64,000 nt of DNA, taken from contig OX597828.1 of NCBI GenBank assembly GCA_951406725.2, positions 56,978,001 to 57,042,000 on the forward strand, given 5' to 3'. The DNA comes from Octopus vulgaris (taxonomy: Eukaryota). The notes beneath the pieces were generated by a model. The model saw only the letters and a program-made list of their open reading frames with translations. It was not told the DNA's origin and searched no databases. Position numbers and translations under genes: made by a program. Below are positions 54,630-64,000 of this stretch, in pieces (position 1 is the stretch's first letter; each line of letters starts with the position of its first letter).

Positions 54630-54630
<1 letters not shown>
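53690..54630 (+). mobile_element. Penelope-like retroelement 3' fragment (GIY-YIG endonuclease)
   Basis: FRCTSVSLIYYIKC..LYIGETGRRAGDRFRDY..PVVTHC..NHS, followed by a pyrimidine-rich UTR with a hammerhead remnant. Confidence 0.8.
54546..54578 (+). ncRNA. Degenerate hammerhead motif at the 3' end of the Penelope fragment
   Basis: CCCC-AUGAGGA-A-GCAUU-G-AAUAC-GAAA-CGUU-GG. Same layout as the 31384 motif, but C3 is lost and stem II is mismatched. Confidence 0.45.
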
Positions 54631-54691
<61 letters not shown>

Positions 54692-54692
54692 C

Positions 54693-54725
<33 letters not shown>

Positions 54726-55268
54726 ATGTCTCTCTGTCTATTTATATGTCTCTCTATTTGCATGTCTATCTATCTAGCTAGCAAACTATTATATTTTATA
54801 AAACGAACTTCTAATTACATAACCTTGGTCGTTCTTTCAAATATCTACTTTCTTGACTCACTAAAAGGGTGTGTATTCCTTATCACTATAAGCCAGAAAA
54901 AGAAATTTCAACTACTTAACCGTTTTAAATATTTGCACTGATGTCCCCAACTGCTAATATTTACAGAAATCGGAATTTAATTACTCAAAACCATAAGCTG
55001 TACTTTTATTGACGTCTAAATTACTTTGTTGCATCTAATTGGCCACCGAACCACTTACTGAGTTGTTCTCTATCTAAGTGGCCACCGAACCAATTATCGT
55101 GTTGTTCTGTGGCGGTTCTGATTTTTGTGATTCATTTTCTTTCTCTATCTCTTTCTTTTAACCACTTTCTCTCTCTCCTTATTAATCAATGTATCCATTT
55201 ATATATCTATGTACATATCGATATGTGTGTGTATGTGTGTGGACGTGTGTGGCGTATATACGTGTGTT

Positions 55269-55316
<48 letters not shown>

Positions 55317-55349
55317 GGCGTGTCTGTGCAGACAGAGATATGTAAATCC

Positions 55350-55385
<36 letters not shown>

Positions 55386-55926
55386 CTATATACATACATA
55401 TATATGTACACGCGCGCTCATACACACACATCACACACACGCACGCAGGCACACACATACACATCTACACACACACATATAGATTTATTACACTTTTCAC
55501 GTAGTTTTGTCATGGACATATATTTAATGCCGTTATTTTAAAACCTACAGATGAACACATTATTTTCCAACACTGTAAAAGCAACAAACAGTAGACCAAA
55601 TTGCGAAAGAAAAGAAACAAGACAGGTAAAGAGATACAATTGATTTATACAGGTGCCTATAAACAGTTAAATAAATGTTATTCAAATTATTGAAAAACGA
55701 TTTTAATTTTTCTCATTTTATGATGTTTGACTGTTTTGTTGTTTTTTTTTGTCCAGTCATCGATGTCACTTTTATTATTGTTGTTGTTTTATTTTTTATG
55801 CGTTGTATGGTATAGACCAGCAGTTCCCAAGCTGCCAACCTTTACACAGTTGTTCCCAACAGTGGTTCTCGTCGCTTATATTTAAATATTTTCCCCTCAG
55901 ATCACTTTTAATATGCTTATCCTTAA

Positions 55927-55972
<46 letters not shown>

Positions 55973-56110
55973 CTATATATATATATATAGAGAGAGAATA
56001 TTATATACTGAATTTATATTGAATGCTCTATTGTATCAAAGTATTAATACTATTAAAGTATTTATATATTTAATACGAGCGATTATATATATATATATTA
56101 AATAATATAT

Positions 56111-56696
<586 letters not shown>

Positions 56697-57898
56697 ATTT
56701 TGAATGTAGTTCACGGACACACAGTACTAAATTTGCGAACCACCAGAGATCCGCGGACCCCATGTTGGGAACCACTAGCATAGACAGAAAATCGATAAAG
56801 TGAATTTTCCCGTTTCATTTACGGTACATAATTATATTTCATTTTATAAATAAGTAAATTTGCGCTCATCATAATTGCAGGCACTGGCCTCCAGCTAGTA
56901 TTTTTGATAGAGTCTCATTAAGAATCGCTCTATGTTGCATTCATAAATATCATATGATGTGTACCTTTATTTAATTTGAATTTTTCTGTATTAATTTCTG
57001 TATTTACTTTGTAATTTATTTACCTCCATCTGTCATTTTCATATTTTATACATCTTTAGAAATAAATGTTCTGTGATATTTGAGTATTCTGTTTCCATTT
57101 TAAGTATTCCTATTAAGTTTTTATTGCTCTTGTTAGCTTTATAATTTCTGCTTGTATTTCCTCTACTTGTAAAAGTTTTATTTTAATCAAATTCATTGTG
57201 TATTCCCAATGTAGCATTGTTATATACAATCCTACATTTATTATTCCTACTCCTATTTAATTTACCAAGGAATTGTGTTACGGTTCTTTGAAGTAGTGGA
57301 AATGTTGTTTAAAAATATCGTTCTTTATAAGATGCTGAGATAATAAAATCCTTAGTACAGTAGACAAAATCTCTTCCGAGCAGGGCTCAAATTCCTCAGA
57401 GATTGACTTTGCCTTTCATCCTTTCGGAGTCGATAAAATAAGTACGCCTTGAATACTGGGGTGGATGTAATAAACTTAGCCTCATCCCTGTAATTGTTGG
57501 CCGGGTGTCAAAATTATTATTATTGTTTTTGTTGTTGTTTTACTTCTCAGAGAGCTCGATCTTGTTTCTTCTGGTAGATTCTGTGAGGGCGGACAGTAGC
57601 ATGGTGTCGAGGTCGCACAGGGGCACTTTGCGCACATTATAAGCGTTGGTACTTGGTTGTAATTATCGTGGGAAACATTCAACATTCAAGTACCAATTTT
57701 AAAAACATAGCTGTCCCCAGCAGCGCAGTTATTTCGGTTTGCTCTGCTCTAATGTCAATTCCAATTTCTCTATCGTATTTCTCGAAAAAGTTTGTTAGTG
57801 CTCCAAGTGCATCTAACTTCTGGAATAACAGACACTCTCCTATTAGTCCACATTCTTGCAGTTTCGTCTTTTAATAGTCTGTAACTTTCAATCTTTTC

Positions 57899-57935
<37 letters not shown>

Positions 57936-58485
57936 GAGTGAGCGAGCAGAGCATGCCATCAAAGTGACACTGGGGTAAAATATACGAAGCCCAGTATACC
58001 CATCATGACTACCCGTCTGATAAGGGTACACCAGGCACATGCATCAGAACCATATGTGCGCGACATGGTGATCTCATATCAAGATAAACAGCACATGACC
58101 TTGCAGGTGGGGCCCAGTTAGAATTTTCTTCAGATCGAGTAACCCATCCCGCTCAAAAGGTCCCTGAATAAGGGTTGTTTAAGGACGTTGAACGAAACAC
58201 CCATGTTTCCAGAGGTGAATTATTCAAACCCCAAAGAATCCTTCTCAACACATGGCTATGATGCTCCCCCACTACTTCTGCTCGTGATCAGAGATGCACA
58301 TATCGTCAGCCACTAAGGGATATGCTCAACTGGTTAAGGTCAAACAACTGACAAGCAAATCTGTGGTATTGGGCAGAATATTTGCTGTAGCCCATCTTTT
58401 ATACCAAGACAAAACAATGTACATGATAACACTTCCAATCAGTTAACATCAGAAGCCATGAGAGCCACTGCCTGGTACTGCATCA

Positions 58486-58486
<1 letters not shown>
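57936..58486. repeat. 551-bp repeat in (TAA)n, copy 1
   Basis: Near-identical to 59626-60176, with the same ends. Confidence 0.9.
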
Positions 58487-58521
<35 letters not shown>

Positions 58522-58686
58522 TAGTTTTATTTTTATTTTTATAGCGTGCTTTCACTTCACTACCGAGCGCAGCTCTGTGTGCCTTGGGTATGTGCTGTGA
58601 TTTGTTGTGATGCTCTGATGGTTATTGTATGGAAAGTGTTCTGCGTAGTATGGAAAGTGTTGTATGGAATATGGAAAGTGTTCTGC

Positions 58687-58883
<197 letters not shown>

Positions 58884-58886
58884 CAC

Positions 58887-59595
58887 TCAGTAGTTTTATT
58901 TTTATAGCGTGCTTTCACTTCACTACCGAGCGCAGCTCTCTGTGCCTTAGGTATGTGCTGTGATTTGTTGTGATGCTCTGATGGTTATTGTATGGAAAGT
59001 GTTTTACGTAGGACGTGTGCAGTGCCTAGTAGTGCAATTTTCTGTATGTTATATGTGTTTGTAAGTCCTGGTGTTTTTGTTATGTATTTGTCTGAATATT
59101 TTTTTATCATGCCTAATGCACCTACTATGATAGGAATTGTTTCTGTTTTTAGATTCCACATTCTGGTTACCTCTTTTTCCAGGTCTTTGTATTTTGAAAG
59201 TTTCTCCATTTCTTTTAGAGTCACGTTGTCATCTGCCGGTATTGATACATCAATTAGAAAGCATTTTTTTCTTCATGATCTCTGACAACTATATCTGGTC
59301 TGTTGGCCTTAATTTCTCTATCTGTGTGTATCGGCATATCTCATAGTATGGTTGCTTTCTCGTTTTCTGTGACCTTTTCTGGTGTGTGCCTATACCATCT
59401 TTTTTCTGTTGTTATTCCATAATGTTGGCATAGCTTCCAGTGTATGTAGGTTCCAACTCTGTCATGTCTGTGAATATATTCCTTCTTAGCCAGGACTGGG
59501 AAGCCAGAGATAATATGATTTATTGTTTCTTGTCCATCTCCACATATTCTGCAGTTACTTGTTATATTTCTTTTCATTACATGTTTTTGGTAATT
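58887..59595 (-). mobile_element. 5'-truncated R4/Dong-like LINE (RLE domain plus 3'UTR)
   Basis: CRICGDGQETINHIISG, YIHRHDRV, EKLSKYKDL, PIIVGALG. The 3'UTR is duplicated at about 58518-58688. Confidence 0.85.
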
Positions 59596-59625
59596 ATTAA
59601 TATTATTATTATTGTTATTATTATT

Positions 59626-60175
59626 GAGTGAGAGAGCAGTTCATGCCCTCAAAGTGACACTGGGGTAAAATATACGAAGCCCAATATACCCATCATGACT
59701 ACCCGTCTGATAAGGGTACACCGGGCACATGCATCACAACCATATGTGCACGACATGGTGATCTCATATCAAGATAAACAGCACATGACCTTGCAGGTGG
59801 GGCCCAGTTAGAAATTTCTTCAGGTTGAGTAGCCCAACCCGCTCAAAAGGTCCCTGAATAAGGGTTGTTTAAGGATGTTGAAAGAACCACCCATGTTTCC
59901 AGAGGTGAATTATTCAAACCCCAAAGAATCCCTCTCAACACATGGCTATGATGCTCCCCAACTACTTCTGCTCGTGATTAGAGATGCACATATCGTCAGC
60001 CACTCAGGGACATGCTCAACTGGTTAAGGTCAAACAACTGACAAGCAAATCTGTGGTATTGAGCAGAATATTTGCTGTAGCCCATCTTTTATACCAAAAC
60101 AAAACAATGTACATGATAACACTTCCAATCAGTTAAGATCAGAAGCCATGAGAGCCACTGCCTGGTACTGCATCA

Positions 60176-60176
<1 letters not shown>
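59626..60176. repeat. 551-bp repeat in (TAA)n, copy 2
   Basis: Near-identical to 57936-58486. Confidence 0.9.
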
Positions 60177-60224
<48 letters not shown>

Positions 60225-60225
<1 letters not shown>

Positions 60226-61405
60226 TTTTTTTTCTTATTCTTTCAAATTTTCCTCCATTTCTTGCCGAGTGTCTTCCCGACTCCTAGGGCAAAGAAACTC
60301 ATAGTGTATATTGGTAGGCCATTAAACCAAACTCAGTAGTTCGTTCATTTTTTTAAAAATTAAAATACATGAGCTGCAACAGTTCTCACATCGACAATGC
60401 TCTTCTCAATACGTGTGATTTACCAGTTAAGACAATCTTTTGCACTTCTTGCAGGGATGGTAAGCCAGGGATCATTCTCATATAATTTTCGGTTCCCTTC
60501 TTGATCATTCCTAGTGCTCCTACGATCACTGGTATTGTAACCGCCTTGAGATGCCACATTTTCTCAATTTCAATGAGTAGGTCTTTATATTTTCTGAGCT
60601 TGTCAAACTCTTTCGCTGAGATATTATGATCACAGGGGATGCTCATGTCGATCAATAAGCAAACTTTATTGTTTTGGTCTTTCACAACAATATCTGGTTT
60701 ATTGGCCTTGATGGTTCGGTCTGTATGTACTGGAAAGTCCCACAGAATGGTTACATTTTCTCCTTCAGTTACAGCCTCAGGGTGGTGATTATACCACTTG
60801 TCGGCAGTTTTGATATTGTAATGCCGACTTATTAGCCAGTGGAGATATTGGCCAACTCTGTCATGTCTTAATTTATACTCCACTGGTGCTAAGACTTTAC
60901 ATCCAGAGATTAGGTGGTCCACTGTTTCAATCATGTCGTTGCAGAATCGGCATTTTGGGTCTGCTCCATTTTTCATCACATTGGCCTGGTAGTTCCGGGT
61001 TAATAGTCTTTGGTCTTGAGCAGCCAGGATGAAACCTTCGCTCTCTGCTTTTAGCCCTGAGCTACGCAGCCACTGATGGGTTTGCTTCTGGTCAACATCA
61101 GCTTGTTTGCTGCGGGTCACATATTTGCCGTGCAGAGGTTTCTCCTCCCACCTATCAGCCAATTGCTCGTGCGCTTTTTTCATTGCCATCATTTTCACCT
61201 TCTTTGCAACAATAGTTGCCGTACTTCCCTCGGGTTGTTCAGTTTGGGTATCCTGCACGAGATCAATAGCAAATTTTTTGCTTTCATTGATGATAGAATG
61301 AAGCTTCTTTCGTCTCCCGTGATTTTCCACGAGCTTTAGCATCCAGTCATTCGATATTTCGAGATATTTGGCCAGTCCAATTGTGGTTGTTTTGTAAGCT
61401 AGTTT
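60225..61405 (-). mobile_element. 5'-truncated R4/Dong-like LINE (zinc knuckle plus restriction-like endonuclease)
   Basis: KPLHGKY, AAQDQ, CRFC..ETVDHLISGC, RHD, KPDIVV, IDMSIP, PVIVGALG. Flanked by (TAA)n. Confidence 0.9.
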
Positions 61406-61491
61406 TATTATTATTATTATTATTATTAATATTATTATTATTATTATCATTATTATTATTATTGCTGTTATTATCATTATTATTATTATTA

Positions 61492-61523
<32 letters not shown>

Positions 61524-61524
61524 T

Positions 61525-61576
<52 letters not shown>

Positions 61577-61602
61577 CATTATTATTATTATTGCTGTTAT
61601 TA

Positions 61603-61640
<38 letters not shown>

Positions 61641-61641
61641 T

Positions 61642-61678
<37 letters not shown>

Positions 61679-62349
61679 CATTATTATTATTATTATTGTT
61701 ATTATTATTATTGCCATTACCTTTGCGCAGCTTCTAAAGCTGGAGATGTACTGCGGTGTCAGCTGTTCACTAACAGTGAACTAAGGTAACACCTCTTATC
61801 TTTCGAGCACCTTCGAGCACCTTATCTTTCCGGCCATCCAAGCAGTGCTACTTTCTATGAGTACTCCACCCTTATTGCAGCCCATATATATTCCACGTAC
61901 TTCTCGAGATTGTTGCCCACCGTTCTCATGGCTCCAACAATTATTGATACTAATGCTACTATATTTCATCGAACACAACTGCTTAACTTCCCAAGCTAAC
62001 GTGTCGTATCTATCGACTTTTCTTTCTTCCTTATCGCATACCTTGTTGTCAGCTGGGCATGCTATATCTATGATTCAACATCGTTTGTTTTCTTTTTCAA
62101 TTAAGCCTATGGCTGGCTTCCTATTTTCTATCTCATGGTTGCACTGAATCATAAAATCCCATAGGATCTTTGCATTTTTATTTTCGGCGATGCCTTCGGG
62201 TTTGTCGTCGTAACAATTTTTTGCTCTCTCAAGTCCTTACTTGTTACAAAGTGTCCAATGGACAGGCCTGGCTATATTGTCGTGGTGCCTTATATTCCTT
62301 CCGGGCTGGTTGCGATATTATTATTATTATTATTATTATTATTAGCAGC

Positions 62350-62419
<70 letters not shown>

Positions 62420-63640
62420 ATATACGGAAACTCTTACCTTATTTTTCTGTGTATGATGGAAAGTGTCAGCTGCTCACAACCAGCAAACTAAGGAGAGACT
62501 CGTTTACTGATCATGCTTCAAGATGTCTGCGGAGACCACTTACAGATTCAAACAATGATGATTTTTAAGGCTTCTATCGTTATATTTGTGCCAATCTCTC
62601 TGAGGCTCGTTGATAGTTGAGTGATGATTCCTCCAAGTGCGCAAATTACTATTGTTAACAAGACCACACTGCGTATTCCTCACTTTAATAGTTTACTTCT
62701 TTTACTGAATATTCAGTCACGGCTACTTTTATTAGAACGTAAAGGTGATCGTACGGTGTGAACCCTCTATATGGATCTGGTTACCAAATTAATTAAGCAC
62801 GAACTGTTATTAATTGTATTCGGCATCATAAAACTCAACGGGAATGTAACAGTTAATATAGAGAATATTTGTAGAAAAAGATCGACGGCGGCAAAATCGT
62901 ACTTAGCCATTTCTTTGTTACAAACAAAGGCTGTATTATACATATTAGGGAATATGCGGTGAGATCTTAAGTACATGAGCTGTCTCAAACTTCCCAGAAT
63001 AATATAGACACAAACACGCTGACCAAAATACATTTAAAAGGAATAGAGTGACATCCGGCTATGTTCAACTTCTTGGCCAATTTAGCGACCTGCACAGAAA
63101 ACATGATAGCCACTTAAAACACTTTTTGATCCTACTTATTGGATCTGTCGTAAATCACTTGAAGTAGCGCAAATATCCGATACTAATATTTTGAATACTC
63201 AAATACCATACGCCATATTTTTTTCGTGTTTATTATGTAAATACAACTATGCCAGTATCCATATCGATGATACAGTGAAAGGTTGATAATTTGCTTTGTT
63301 ATTAATGCTTTGTTTTGTCTTCTTATTATGGATATAGTTATATTTCTATCCCACAATTTACTGATTCCTTCTTTCGTTCAAGGTTCAACTAGCTATGACA
63401 TTAATGATAAATAGTATTATTTAACAATTCAGTGATAAATGTGATCATTGCTTATTTATTAATGTAAATATTATAAATTTTAAACGTTCATGTCTTGTTC
63501 TCATTTATTGAAATCAATCAGTGATAACTAACACTCTAGGGAGTTAAACGGCAGAAGTTCTATAGATACTAATCTCTTTCTGGCAAGTGTTTCGGTCCTT
63601 AACTACTTACATTCTTATCTAATTTGCTATTTCAATAAAC

Positions 63641-63659
63641 AATGTTATTTTCTTTTCAG
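63641..63659 (+). other. Splice acceptor before the gene 3 coding exon
   Basis: TTATTTTCTTTTCAG|G, a strong polypyrimidine tract 23 nt before ATG 63683. Confidence 0.65.
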
Positions 63660-63682
63660 GTATTCTTATTTCATACGAGACG

Positions 63683-64000
63683 ATGAATATCAGAAGCGGC
63701 ATACTCATTTTCTTCTATATACCGCATATATTTGCAAGTTCTTATTTAACTGACCGTGATTTAAGAGATACACTTCTTAAAGGTTACAACAAAGATGTTC
63801 GTCCTGTACGAAATATTACCCAAAATCTAAATATTGATTTATATTTTAAATCAGTCGTTATATACAATCTGGATTTGTTTGAAGGAATGTTACATAGTAA
63901 AATAATTATAGAGTCTAGATGGAAAGACGAATATCTTTGCTGGGATCCCATCAAATATGACAATCTAACTCAAATAGAATTCCAATCTGACTCCATTTGG
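63683..64000 (+). CDS. Third CR-like Cys-loop subunit, 5' part only (106 aa, continues beyond the window; gene 3)
   Basis: Manual translation: MNIRSGILIFFYIPHIFASSYLTDRDLRDTLLKGYNKDVRPVRNITQNLNIDLYFKSVVIYNLDLFEGMLHSKIIIESRWKDEYLCWDPIKYDNLTQIEFQSDSIW, open to the window end. Shares RPVRNI and RWKDEYLCW with gene 2. Confidence 0.92.
   Translation, partial: MNIRSGILIFFYIPHIFASSYLTDRDLRDTLLKGYNKDVRPVRNITQNLNIDLYFKSVVIYNLDLFEGMLHSKIIIESRWKDEYLCWDPIKYDNLTQIEFQSDSIW

Noticed and set aside
61405-61717. Poly-Ile N-terminus of the 443-aa ORF
   Set aside because: A (TAA)n target tract in frame with a truncated LINE by chance.

Overview
AT-rich, microsatellite-dense eukaryotic DNA. The SINE families, (TA)n/(CA)n/(TAA)n/(GATA)n tracts and gene content point to an octopus (cephalopod) genome; this is inferred. 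The only genuine host genes are three co-oriented (+), coding-intronless, divergent nicotinic-receptor-like Cys-loop channel genes: 8369-9538, 26818-27984, and a third starting at 63683 that runs off the window and is absent from the ORF track. The two complete ones lack the acetylcholine aromatic cage and loop-C vicinal cysteines and fit the cephalopod chemotactile receptor (CR) tandem-array family. Their pores differ: GEK in gene 2 versus KQK in gene 1. Intergenic DNA holds decayed transposons: Chapaev3-like, Tc1/mariner, Helentron-type MITEs, RTE, R4/Dong-like LINEs in TAA tracts, a Penelope GIY-YIG fragment and tRNA-derived SINEs. The main unannotated signal is about ten type I hammerhead ribozyme folds from several unrelated sequence families. 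Most have a self-palindromic stem III and sit in short fold-back or rearranged elements within (TA)n. Repeat boundaries are approximate (read by eye).
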